DNA of 64,000 nt from Diplonema japonicum. Lineage: Eukaryota; Protista; Euglenozoa: Diplonemea. The notes beneath the pieces are model-generated. The model ran no database searches and was not told where the DNA came from. It was given only the letters and a program-made list of their open reading frames with translations. Each line of letters starts with the position of its first letter. The stretch's first letter is position 1. Below, in pieces: positions 1 to 10,504 of this stretch. Both the position numbers and the translations under genes were made by a program. Location: the NCBI GenBank assembly GCA_964019335.1, contig OZ025653.1:372001-436000 (forward strand), in the 5' to 3' direction.

Positions 1-141
1 AGGTGTTGACAAGGGTCCTTCAACAGCCTCTTCAGCAGCATCTGCAACTGAAGCCGTTGGCGTGGCTTCCTGTGCGGGCACCTGCGGTGTGGAAGGCTGC
101 TCGAGTGGCGCACCATCACCTGCTTCAGAGGTTGCGGACAT
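1..141 (-). CDS. N-terminus of a hypothetical protein running off the left edge (MSATSEAGDGAPLEQPSTPQ...)
   Basis: ATG at 141 with the frame open to position 1; coding-like composition; same strand as all other genes. Confidence 0.55.
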   Translation of the reverse strand, partial: MSATSEAGDGAPLEQPSTPQVPAQEATPTASVADAAEEAVEGPLSTP

Positions 142-1121
142 AAGAAGCTACTGCTAATCCTGTAGACGGTAAGCTGAGACAAGGGGATAAGGCAAGTAAG
201 TAAGCAAGTAATAAAGGCTAGCCTTCCATGAGAACGCTGCGGTACAACGCTTCTCTCTCTTCATTCCAAGTAGGCCTCTGGACCCTGTCCACCAGGTACA
301 CCTGCGCCATGACCACGCACACAAACACAAAACAAACCACGAAAACCAACGCGTGTAACTTTGTTTCATTTTTTTTTTCTTCTCCCGCCCTAGCCTCAAC
401 ATACAATATCAGCATCCCCCTGACCTGCCTTCGGTCGCGCTGTCTTTGTCTCAATGTCAACTATCACATCCTTCCGAGCAGCCTCCCTGCTTACCGCTTG
501 ATTCATAGTTACCTTACCTGAGGGTTCATGACAAGAGAAAAAGAGAAGGAATTAAAAAAAAAGGGGGGGAAAGCAATAAGGGGATGAAAGAAAGATTCTG
601 ACAAAGAAAAAAAAAGGGGGGTAAAGGGAGGGGGGAAGTAGTACAACAAAGGAAGAAACGGAGGAATAAAAAAAAGGGGGGGGGGAGGAGGAAGAAAAAA
701 AAAGAAAAAGACAATACTTTTTCTTTTTTTTTTTATCGTCCACCCCTTGACACAGCAATGTATCATACCATACACTATTTAGTTTTCGAAGTAGAAAAAA
801 AAGGGGGGGGGAGGAATTCGTTACTCTATAAAGGAGGAGAAAAGGGGGAGGGAACAAGTGAAGAACATGGAGAAAGGAAGAAGGAAAACAGGGGGGAAGA
901 GAAAGAAAAAGAGAATTAGCTTTTGAAGCGTATGGGACTGGTAATGGCAGAGAGGGGGGGGGGGGGGGAGAAAAGAAGGAGGAACTGAGCCGTGTTGCTT
1001 GTCCGATTCGTTCTTGGAAAAAGTTGAAGAAAGTTCAAGGTGTCGCTCGAAGAAAAAGAAAAATGAAATGGCTTTGGCCCATTGGGCACAGTTACGAAAT
1101 AGCAAAGAAAAACAAAATTGC

Positions 1122-1153
<32 letters not shown>

Positions 1154-1735
1154 GGAGATGTTAGCAAAACGACGAACCAAGAGAACTGAAAACGGAAAAG
1201 TATGTTTTAAAAAAAGAAATGCATCCAGAGTTCTCAAGGAGGGCGCACAGTGACCGTATTATACTTTTTTTTTGTTGTTCTTTCTTATTATTATTTTTTT
1301 TTTTTTTATAGTGGAGGTCTCCAGTTTCAGAGACAGGAAACAAAATGAATATAAAAAAAAAAAAGTACTTTAATTTTAGTATTTTTAGTCGGGACCCATA
1401 ATCCAACCCTTAGACAAAACTGTTTGTCTATGTTGAGCTTCCTGCTTTCATTCCTTTGAATATGAAATGCTGTCACCGAGACTGGCACTCCAAGATTGTG
1501 TATCGATAAAGCTTTGCAATACTAAAATAAATTATGTTTGGATTTAAAAAAAAAATAGCAGAAACAGGGAAACGGAAGCAACAGGAGTAGGGAGAAAGAG
1601 AGAAGGGGATTAAAAAATGTAAAAAAAGAGAAAGAAAAAAAGAGAGAAAAAAAGAAAGTAACAGAAAAGGAAGGAGGAAAAAAAATACCCCGCAAAAAGA
1701 ATGAAAGGATGCGTAAGCTTAAAAAGAAGGAAAGG

Positions 1736-1771
<36 letters not shown>

Positions 1772-2502
1772 TGAAGAAAAAAACCAAGATGCTAGAAGAA
1801 CCAGACACCTTCCAAGGGTGGCCTTTTTTTTTCCCCCCTTATGCAGCTTGTTTTTCTTCTTTTTTCTTTCCCCCTCTTTCCTTTTTTTTTTGCAGCCCTC
1901 ACACTCTTTTTATTTTATTCAGGGGCAAAATAAAATAAAAAATAAAAAAGTTAACAACAACGAGGGGGGAATAATTATAAAGAAAGAGAGGAGGGGGGTT
2001 TTTTTTTTCTCTCCCCCCCCCCCCTTCTCCTCTCTGTTCTCCAAAAAAAATAAAGATACTGAATTGAATAGGATCCTTGTCACTTTCTTTTTTCGTATTT
2101 CTTTTTATTTTCTCCTTCTTATTTCTCTCCCTTCCCCTCTTCAAGCCAAAATCTTGCAAAGGAGAGGCTGCACACACATAATAAAAAAAATACATTTGTC
2201 ACGGAAGATCTTACTTTTAAATATCATTCTTTTTTCGTTTCGTTTCGTGCAAGGGGGGGGGGGGGGGGGGGTTACCATTTATTTCCCATTTTTGTTTGGG
2301 ATTTTATCTTTATTCTCTTTTTTTTTCTTCTCATTCCCACATAAAAAAACCGTTAAAATTGGATATCAAAAAAAAAAGAAAAGAAAAAAAAAAGGCAGTT
2401 TTTTTTTTTTATTCACAAAAAAAAAAAAATAAGGAGGAAAAAAAAAGGGGGATGAGAGGGGGTACAAAAAATCTATTTTTCAAAAAATTCAAAAAATCGT
2501 CT

Positions 2503-3360
2503 TCACCAAGTACTGGCAGTGGGGAAATGGGGGGAATAAATATCCGTGTGGGAGAGGGAGGAACCAAGGGATGCTTGCAGCCGCGACCTTGTAAGAGACA
2601 ACTGTTCTCGAATATTTAGAGATGCTTGGGGTTGTTGTTGAGGCTGGTAGCAGCTCTGCTGTGCAGAGGAAGGAGCCGCCATTGGCTCAAATCGTGATTC
2701 ATCCAAGGGCTTCCTATAAGACGAGGTACTTGGCCTCCTGGCCCTGGGCGGGCACTGTGCGACATCAGCGTGGAACTCATCTAACGATTTCCAAGCAGAA
2801 TTCTTCTTCGTGTTGAGGTTCCAGGTGGGCTTCCCAACCTTAGCATTGCCCCTTTTAGGCATATCTCTGAACGTTGTAGCCCATGAAGTAACTTGTCGAT
2901 TTTGACTGCTCCCTGTTTTCATCATATGCTTAATGACACTGTAGTTCGTTTCTTTGCCGGTTCTTTCTTCTGTGTAGTCGCGTCGCACTGCAGGGGCGTA
3001 GGAGGCGTACGAGTAGTCCTCCTCCTCGGACGAACTTTTGTATTCGCTATTGAATTGTGAGGGTACCGGGACAGGTGCAGGTGCGGTTACTATCTTCTTC
3101 TTCTTCACGGTCCGTGTTGGTGTTGCAACGGGCTTCTTCTTAGCCTGGTGGTGTTGTTTTAAAGTCTCCGCGGGGTCAAGAGAAAAAGCGGCTGGCCTGT
3201 TTGCCTCGTGTCTCAATGCCGCGCCCTCATCGTCATCGTAATACCCGCCGCCTTTAAACTCGCTGGGCTTTAAGAAGTCATCTGCTTTGCTCCCTTCTTG
3301 GAGCTCGTCAGGAAGCAGAGGTGCGGGTGCTACTGGGGGACGCTTTGGGAAGGTAGGCAT
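2503..3360 (-). CDS. Hypothetical low-complexity, probably disordered protein (MPTFPKRPP...)
   Basis: Long ORF; likely ATG at 3360 directly after a poly-A tract, as for other genes here. Confidence 0.75.
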   Translation of the reverse strand: MPTFPKRPPVAPAPLLPDELQEGSKADDFLKPSEFKGGGYYDDDEGAALRHEANRPAAFSLDPAETLKQHHQAKKKPVATPTRTVKKKKIVTAPAPVPVPSQFNSEYKSSSEEEDYSYASYAPAVRRDYTEERTGKETNYSVIKHMMKTGSSQNRQVTSWATTFRDMPKRGNAKVGKPTWNLNTKKNSAWKSLDEFHADVAQCPPRARRPSTSSYRKPLDESRFEPMAAPSSAQQSCYQPQQQPQASLNIREQLSLTRSRLQASLGSSLSHTDIYSPHFPTASTW

Positions 3361-3815
3361 TTTTTTTTTTTTTTTCTTTCTTTTTTTTTTTTTCTTCTTG
3401 CGATGATGAAATTTAGTAAAAATTAAAAAGTAAAAAAAAAAAAAAAAAACAATCAATATCCCCCCCCCCTTTTTTTTAGTTTATTTCCCCCCATTCTCTC
3501 TCCTTCTGACCCCTCATTTCTTTCTTTTCTACTATTGAGGAAAGGTTAACAACGGATCAAAAAAAAATCTTGTGATGATGGGTGGGGTGGGGGGGAGTTT
3601 AACAACTGCCCTCTGTTGCAATCGCAACAGTCTGCTTAGTTAGGTATCGGGTGGTATAAGCCCCCCCCCCCCCCCCCCCCCACTTAAAGAAAAAGAAAGG
3701 GGACAAGGCTGACGGAAAGAAAAAAAATATACAACAGCCTCTTATTCACAACGAATTATAGGGGGGACATACACAACCATGAAGCTTTAATTCATATTTT
3801 GAAAAAAAAAAAAAA

Positions 3816-4275
3816 TAGCTATTTATTGCCAACAAATAATGAGTCATTATTTAACTCGAGTTCCCGAATTTTTGCACGAGGGCCCTGCGGGCCCTCGTGC
3901 TAAAAAACAGTAACGAGTGTTAAATAATGGCTCATTTGGCGGCAAGTAAGTCGTTTTATTTTTTCACTTTTCGTCATTTGAGTCACTCACTCTTCACTGC
4001 TTTCACTGCTGTTTTTTTTTTCACGCAGGTCAGCTTTTTGGGGATTTTCCTAAGGTAATACAGGGTAGCTATTTCGCCGTGGCATTTAAAGTGAACACTG
4101 CACCACCAATGATACGTCGCAACCTAAAGGACACCAACGGTCTTCGGGCCTGGAGCTTTTTCCATCAATAATTCGTGGACGGGCACGCCCCACGAAAAAA
4201 AAAGGGATGCTGTCCCTCATCGGGCTCATAATTTAACTCCGTGTGAGAAATTTGGTAACTTGTGTTAAATTACTT
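3816..4275 (+). mobile_element. Crypton-like non-autonomous element A (hairpin end intact, distal end not found)
   Basis: Starts TAGCTATTTATT. Terminal hairpin has a perfect tip, gcacgagggccc-tgc-gggccctcgtgc (3874-3900). 3930-4091 is nearly identical to element B (13396-13552). Right boundary is uncertain. Confidence 0.75.
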
Positions 4276-4598
4276 ACCCATTTTGGCACCAGCCCCTTTT
4301 TCTTCTCATTCACTCGGTGCAAGTTGCGCAAAAAAGAAAGAAGGAAAAAAGCGAGAGGGAGAAAAGAGGGGAAAGAAAAACACGTGTAATTTGAAGGATA
4401 AGTGTTTCTTTTTTTTTTTTTTTCCCCTCACCATCTCGTTTTTCTTTAATTCATTTTGTTGACATATGCTACCTAATCCCTTTTTTTCACCCTCCCCCTT
4501 ACTTTCTTCCTTTACCAGGAGAAAAAAAAAATAAAAAAGAAGGGATTTTTATGTTACCAGCTCTTTTTTTTTCCTCTTTTTTTCTTCTTATTTTCTTT

Positions 4599-5332
4599 TT
4601 TTATATAACTCCAGTCAGATTTTCAAGGGTGGGAGTGAATATAATATTTCACATTATTTCACGCTTCACTTTTCAGGCTTGTTTTAGGAAGAAAACAGGG
4701 GCAGAAATGAAAATTACTTTATGAGTGAATATAAAGTACTTTATATTCACGCTAGCCCTATTTTCACTGCACAGCAAGGGGTCGGGGGCGAAAACACGGA
4801 AAAGGAATCACCTAAGTGGTAACCACACAGGCCCTTGTTTTGGAAACCCCGGTTCGAATCTGGGAATCTCACTTTTTACGTCACTCAAGGATCTGGTCGC
4901 CTCTCTCAACAGAAGGGGAGAGAGGTGGGCTTGGCAAGCCAGCAGCGGTGACAGCTGCTAGTGGGGCAACCTCAGCAACCCAGGCAGCAGCCCCACAGGT
5001 CCAGACCGAGGTCCTGTCAGCACCCATGGACGCACAGCCCGCACCACACAGGATATGCCTTGACAATCAATATCAACCATAAGCACCCCCAATAAAATTT
5101 GTAACTTGTAACTTGTAACCTGTAACCCCACCCTTTCAAATCTGACTGACGTTAAATAAAACAACGGATTTAGTGAAAATAGATCCGATTTTCACTTGTG
5201 GTGGCATGTTTAACTTGTTGATGTTACTTCACTCGCTTCACGAGCGAAGCGAGTGAAGTCATATACACTCGTTAAACCACTGCCACCACGCGTGAAAATC
5301 ATACGGTCTTATTTTCACTAAATAAATAGTTA
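4599..5332 (-). mobile_element. Crypton-like non-autonomous element C (same subfamily as E)
   Basis: Ends in AATAAATAGTTA, the reverse complement of the family terminus. Hairpin at about 5168-5325; long-range IR 4599-4634 vs 5128-5161; hairpin and IR align with element E. Confidence 0.85.
4806..5095 (+). pseudogene. Possible decayed C-terminal part of a tyrosine recombinase (NHLSGNHTGPCF..GSNLGISL...TININHKHPQ*)
   Basis: HTGPCF is two single-base changes from the YTGHCF box. It is followed by GISL, an Ala/Thr-rich tail and a TININ end. It reads toward the hairpin end, like the remnants in D and E. Confidence 0.4.
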
Positions 5333-5377
5333 AAACTAGCAAGCAACTCTTACTGGGGAGGTGGTACTGCAAAAAAA

Positions 5378-6112
5378 TGGCTATTATTAAATGAAAATCA
5401 GATAGCCTGATTTCACTTGTGGGGTCCCCTTTTTGACGAGTGATTTTACTTCACGAGCGAAGCGAGTGAAATAAAAAAACGAGTCAAAAGGGGACCCCAC
5501 AAGTGAAATCATGCTCTGATTTTATTCAATACTGCATTTTATTTAATGATGAGCTGCTCTCGAAAAGAATTTAGGTGCTAAGTGTGGCTTCGCTGCTGCC
5601 TGCTTGTAGCGGCGCAATGCGCGAGTCTTTACTGAACACGGTACTGGGTTTGGCATGATCAATTCGGCGAATTGATGTTGACGTTTATGTCAAACGTGAT
5701 TCTGTGCAGTGCTGAAGAAGTGGGCTGTGTCGAAGGGGGTAGGGCTGAAGGGGGCGTGGGTTTGATCGAGTGGTAGGTGCAAAACCTCTCTCACTCCTTC
5801 TTATAGGCATTTTGCTTGCCGTTGGAAGCGTGTCTTCCATCACAGCTTTAGCCTCTTTCTCGAGGCTGATGCCCTTGGCTCGCTTCCCGGTCGCCTTCGG
5901 TTTTCTTCCCATTTTGCTAGAAATGACTGTGGGCGTGAAATAAAGTACCTGATTTTCACGCCCAGCAAAATCAGCAACGTTTGGCTTAAAAACATGAGGA
6001 AAAAAATCGATACTTTATTTCACGCCCAGGTCTGAGCGTGAAATAAAATGAAACCTGATTTATATCTTCCGGCCTAAATTCTTTGAGAGAGCTGCTCAGA
6101 ATTAAATTAAAA
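5378..6112 (+). mobile_element. Crypton-like non-autonomous element D
   Basis: Starts TGGCTATTATT. Hairpin tip is ttcac-GA-gc-GAA-gc-GA-gtgaa (5450-5470). Long-range IR 5537-5575 vs 6073-6112; poly-A flanks. Confidence 0.85.
5659..5912 (-). pseudogene. Internally deleted remnant of a Crypton-type recombinase ORF (N-terminus plus C-terminal tail)
   Basis: Reads MGRKPKA...EKEAKAVMEDTLPTASK, then after a frameshift AYKKE*ERF, resembling the LP-x-S-K-x-Y-x3-W-x2-F N-terminal motif I recall for Crypton recombinases. Ends ITFDINVNINSPN*. Confidence 0.55.
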
Positions 6113-6617
6113 AAAAAAAAAAGAAAAGAAAAATCAAAGCGCTACTGGTCCCGGAAAACGAGCCTGCCCAGACAACAGTCTATAGATAACAGGGGGGTTT
6201 CCTTCACTGGGCAGTAACTACTGCATTAGTTTTTGCTCCACTCCATGTCACCACTGCTCTTGGGGGAAAAAAAAGGAGAAAGAAGAATAAGAACGATCTT
6301 TTGAGTCTTCTCCCCCCCCACTTTTCTTTTAATCGCGCAATGGGCCTTGGAGAAAAAAAAAATAAGCATTTCACGCTCTGTTTTTTTTTGGGGGGGGGAA
6401 TAATGAAAAGTTCATACAAATAATAAAAAAAAAAGACGGAAAAGGCAGGGCAAAGAGGTTTCCCCCCTCCTCTGTTCTCTCTCCTCGCCTTTTTCTTTTT
6501 TTTTTCTTTTCTTTTTTTCTTTTATAATACCGTATTTGGGCTCATTATGAAACGGAAAAAGAAATCTTCCGAATCCGATGTGAAAAAGACTTCTTTCCAA
6601 AAAACGGGCCGTGATCT

Positions 6618-6653
<36 letters not shown>

Positions 6654-6795
6654 GGGGGCGCAAAGGGGTGTTAGCAGCCCACACTGACGCCTAACAGGAA
6701 GCAGAAAGAAGAACCGGTTTGCGGCCAGTAAGGAGAATCAAAAAACTGCCGCGTTTTCTTTCGGGAAACTGTAAGTACAAATACGGTATTGAGGC

Positions 6796-6848
<53 letters not shown>

Positions 6849-7283
6849 ATGCACAAAAAAAAAAGGGGAGGAGAAGTTTAATACAGTAAGGATTATACAC
6901 TTAGCAAGGGCATTTCAAAAAACAGAAAATAAAAAAAAAAAAGAGACATTTAAGCAAAATAAAATAAAATAAAAAAAGAAGGGGAACTTCTGACACGACC
7001 TTTTCTCAATTCCTATTGTTGGTTGGCCTGATGCGTAGGTAAGAAAGTAGTGTGGCATTCGGAAAGGGGCAACAAAACAAAACAAAAAAAAACCTCATCT
7101 TCGCCTTGGTTGAGTTTTAGAGTCCCCGCTCACCACGACACAACTACAGTCACTGGAGGGGACGGGGGGTCATCTAAATAAAGAATTCTCTTTGACTTAT
7201 GTCTTTTTGTTATTTCGCACTAGTAACAAAAACCTTTTTTGGGAACAAAAAAGAAAAAACCATTTTCTTAACCCCTGCCCCCA

Positions 7284-7322
<39 letters not shown>

Positions 7323-8009
7323 CCCGTCCCAGTACTATATCCCATTTAACCCGTGACTACACAAAAAAAAAGAGAGGAAAAAAAAAAAAAAAAAAAACTG
7401 GACATCAAGGGGGGAGACAGAAACAAGGGGAAAAGCTTGGGTCCCCTTCCTCCCCCCTTTTTTTTCTGATAGGTTTTCCTCATCATGTGATGCACTGAAG
7501 CACCACATAACTAAGGCATCGATGGTGTGAGACCGACAAGGTGTCGGATCGATACCCCCTACACACTGAAGTGGTATATGCTTGGTCTTGTGCCGGTGTT
7601 TATCCCCGCATATTTTCTTTTTTTTATTTTTATTCCACTTCTTTTTCGACTTACTAAGGCCGCACCCACTAAGGTGGGTTTGGAAGTGTCTCGACCTAAA
7701 TCAGTATGAAAAAAAATGTTCCAATTTAGCGGAAACGAAAAAAATGGTGGCTGCCATCTTTGGCCCATCACTGCCGAGTTATCTACAACCTGAGAGAGTA
7801 CTGACGGTTAAAAAAAAAAAAAAAAGAGGGGTGGTGGTGGGGGAGACAGAGTAAGAAGGGCCTTGGGTCCTGCTGAGAAGTACAGGAGTTCCTTCTTTTT
7901 CTTTTTTTTTTTCTCTTTTTCTAAAGGAAAACTGGGGGAGTGGGAAGGGAGTTTTTTTTTGAGAATCATAAAAAAGAAAAAAAAAATAATAATAATAATA
8001 AAATAATAA

Positions 8010-8879
8010 CTATTTTATAAGCGATCTCCAAATCAATATCAGATTCTCAATACCCGTCACAAACCCGTCTTCATGGTTCCCTTCTTTCCACGGTATGTCA
8101 TGAGAAGTCACAATGCCAGGAGGGAGGGGAATACACTTCGCGAGATCAATGAGCCAGAGATTGGCGGAGGTAGAATCGAGGACAAAGAGAATAGAAGCGC
8201 CTATCATCTCGTGCGAGGCGAAGAAGGGTGAGTTACCTAAGGCTTCACTGAAGGATCTGAGCCGTGAGAGAACCTGCATGACAAGCCTGTTCCGTACTTC
8301 TAAAGAATACTGGCTTACTTCATTCAACGTGGTCTCAAACACCTTACGCACGTCTTCTTCTTGCCTTAAGAACTGCAGTGGCACACCAACTGTTGCTTCA
8401 CACCCGACAACCCCATCCACTCTGAACCCGAGAACTGATGTTGATGACAATGCTTCTCGTGCTGTCATGTATCTCAGTTTTGTGACTTCCCCACGGTCTT
8501 TCTCATCCGGGGACGGAAGGTGGTCCCCCAGTTTCATCATTTTTGTAAACAGGTCTTTTCTTGGTTTATTGCTGCAGCACTCGGACTCTAAGAATGTGCG
8601 CGTGCCTACCTTGCAGTCCATCACCACAGGGGACTCAAAGCCGTCGGTTACGTTTCCAAGCATGAGATACTTCTCACCTCCTTCAACGTTGATTTCTCCC
8701 TCCCCCAGGTACTCCGGGCAGAACGGCCTCAGAGGATCCTTCTGCACTTTTATGTAAGCTGCAACCTCTGTGTCCACTGCCTTCTTCAACACAACCCCTT
8801 TGCTGTCCACCTTAAACGCACCGGTGTGTCCATGTGCACAGACATCCATTGCACGCACACTGTCTTTTATGATTTTCAT
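8010..8879 (-). CDS. Inositol polyphosphate kinase (IPK family, IP3 3-kinase-like)
   Basis: PxxxDxKxG motif (PVVMDCKVG), GASILF (SSLL-like) and IDLA motifs. Confidence 0.92.
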   Translation of the reverse strand: MKIIKDSVRAMDVCAHGHTGAFKVDSKGVVLKKAVDTEVAAYIKVQKDPLRPFCPEYLGEGEINVEGGEKYLMLGNVTDGFESPVVMDCKVGTRTFLESECCSNKPRKDLFTKMMKLGDHLPSPDEKDRGEVTKLRYMTAREALSSTSVLGFRVDGVVGCEATVGVPLQFLRQEEDVRKVFETTLNEVSQYSLEVRNRLVMQVLSRLRSFSEALGNSPFFASHEMIGASILFVLDSTSANLWLIDLAKCIPLPPGIVTSHDIPWKEGNHEDGFVTGIENLILIWRSLIK

Positions 8880-9295
8880 TTTTTTTTCCCCCCTCGCTCT
8901 CGACTTCTTTGAGTGTGTACACGGGGTATCCCTTTCCTGTCAATGTATTGTATTGGGTGGGAAAGCGGGAAAAAAAAAAAAGGAAAAAAAGCACAAAGAC
9001 AATTCTTTTTTTGAAGAAACGGGTTTTAAGAAGGGTTCCTCCCGGGGAGGGGGTCGAAAGCAGAAAGATATAAATAAATAAATAAAAACATTAACAAAGG
9101 GAAGGGTGGCGGTCATCAGCTGTCAACAAAATTGCCGGCAAATTTAATAAAAAGTAGGGTTTGGGGGATGACCTCCGAGAAGCGGGATAAGTTACGTACA
9201 GGGTTGTATACAAATAAGGGAAAAAAACAATAAAAAAGATATTATCAGGATGTCCTAGACAGGTTACTTACTTAACTAGAGGTTACTTACTTAAT

Positions 9296-10504
9296 TTATG
9301 TCTCTGCCATTTTCTCATCCTCATCCTCATCCTCAGGGTCATCTGCCTCGTCCGGTTTTGCTGTCTCTGTACTGGAGTCTTGCAAGCAAGTCGGAGTGTT
9401 CATGCGGCTGGCATCACGGGGCGACGCTGTGCGGCAAGTGGGGTAGGCGGGTGCAGGTGCGTTGGTGGTGGCATGCGCGACGCTGTGCAGTGACCACCCT
9501 GCGAGGAGCGAGAGGAGCAGCAAAACAAACACCATATGGAAAGTGTAGGTGGGCCTCTCAGGGTCCTTTTGGTAAGCACCCCCATCCCACTGCAGCCAGT
9601 GCTTCGTCCTGTCCGGGTCCACTTTCCTTTTCGCGTTTTCCATCACCTTCGCCTGGACGGTCTGCGCGTGTGCTTCCCTGCTCTCTGTGACCAACGGGTA
9701 CGCCCCGCCGTTTACGAGATCGCCCCCGCCCCCCTCGCACCACATCCCTATCAGCGACGGTGCGCTGTAGATCCACCCCGTGGTGTCCATTTCGTTGTTC
9801 AGCCGCCACCGTCCTGCTTTCAGGTACAACAGGTTTGGGCCGTTCTTGAAAGCAGCCTCGACGCTCTCGTGCACCCCTGGTGCGACACGCAGGTACACCC
9901 CATTGACTTCAGCACGCCCTGCGCCTTCGACAGTGACGGCAAGGGGGATGGCCTTAAAGGTGGACCTGACGGGGCTGATGTGCTGTGGCACGGGCTGCAG
10001 AAGGGGTTGGGGCTGCACTGACGGGACCTCAGCAACGGGTGGGGAGACGAGAAGAGACTTAACCGGGGCGGCTTCGGGTGGCGTGGGGGGGACGGAGAGG
10101 GGCGACACTTGCGCCACTGCAAGAGACTGAACACGCGGGGGGGAAAGGTGCTTGGGCGCACTCGGTGCAACAGGGACACTGGTGTGGAGCGAGGAGTGAG
10201 CTGCAGGCATGCTCCTTGACGGTGTCTTGGAGCGCCTGTAGGAAGGCGACGTGGGCAGCCTGCTCATAGGGCGACCCAGCACCCCGGAGCGAGGGGTCAT
10301 CGGCCTCGAGGCTGGTGGGGTGCTGCCCCTACGTATCCTCCCGACGGAGCTTGGCCTTGGGGGAGGAAGGCGGGGCGGTGATGGCATCCTGCTACTCACA
10401 AGGTTCAAAAGCTCTTGTTCTCTCCGTGCACGCTGCAGCTCTGCATCCTTCAGCGCCTCCTGTGCAGAGTGCATCGCAAGGTCATGTCGAAACCCCGACG
10501 GCAT
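9296..10504 (-). CDS. Hypothetical Pro-rich membrane protein with one beta-rich 'NGxY' domain and a TM helix near the C-terminus
   Basis: 402-aa ORF; hydrophobic segment FHMVFVLLLLSLLAGWSL. Confidence 0.8.
   Translation of the reverse strand: MPSGFRHDLAMHSAQEALKDAELQRARREQELLNLVSSRMPSPPRLPPPRPSSVGRIRRGSTPPASRPMTPRSGVLGRPMSRLPTSPSYRRSKTPSRSMPAAHSSLHTSVPVAPSAPKHLSPPRVQSLAVAQVSPLSVPPTPPEAAPVKSLLVSPPVAEVPSVQPQPLLQPVPQHISPVRSTFKAIPLAVTVEGAGRAEVNGVYLRVAPGVHESVEAAFKNGPNLLYLKAGRWRLNNEMDTTGWIYSAPSLIGMWCEGGGGDLVNGGAYPLVTESREAHAQTVQAKVMENAKRKVDPDRTKHWLQWDGGAYQKDPERPTYTFHMVFVLLLLSLLAGWSLHSVAHATTNAPAPAYPTCRTASPRDASRMNTPTCLQDSSTETAKPDEADDPEDEDEDEKMAET

Noticed and set aside
500-2500. Many poly-F/poly-K ORFs here and in other spacers
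   Set aside because: Translation artefacts of homopolymer tracts; the run lengths themselves may be inexact
4808-4877. tRNA/Pol III-like signal inside element C (CCTAAGTGG...cccGGTTCGAATCtggg...TTTTT)
   Set aside because: A T-arm-like hairpin is present but no acceptor or anticodon stem forms, and the same bases fit the decayed recombinase frame. Not called as a tRNA; tRNAscan-SE would settle it.
4599-6112. Helitron2/Helentron interpretation of the hairpin plus asymmetric IR
   Set aside because: The end layout is similar, but the internal remnants look like tyrosine recombinase rather than Rep/helicase. Kept only as the alternative hypothesis.
7698-7775. Possible minus-strand C/D snoRNA (GTGATGG...CTGA)
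   Set aside because: Imperfect C box, no terminal stem and no recognisable rRNA guide
9261-9294. Short direct repeat AGGTTACTTACTTAA x2 after a stop codon
   Set aside because: Consistent with simple local slippage; no other support
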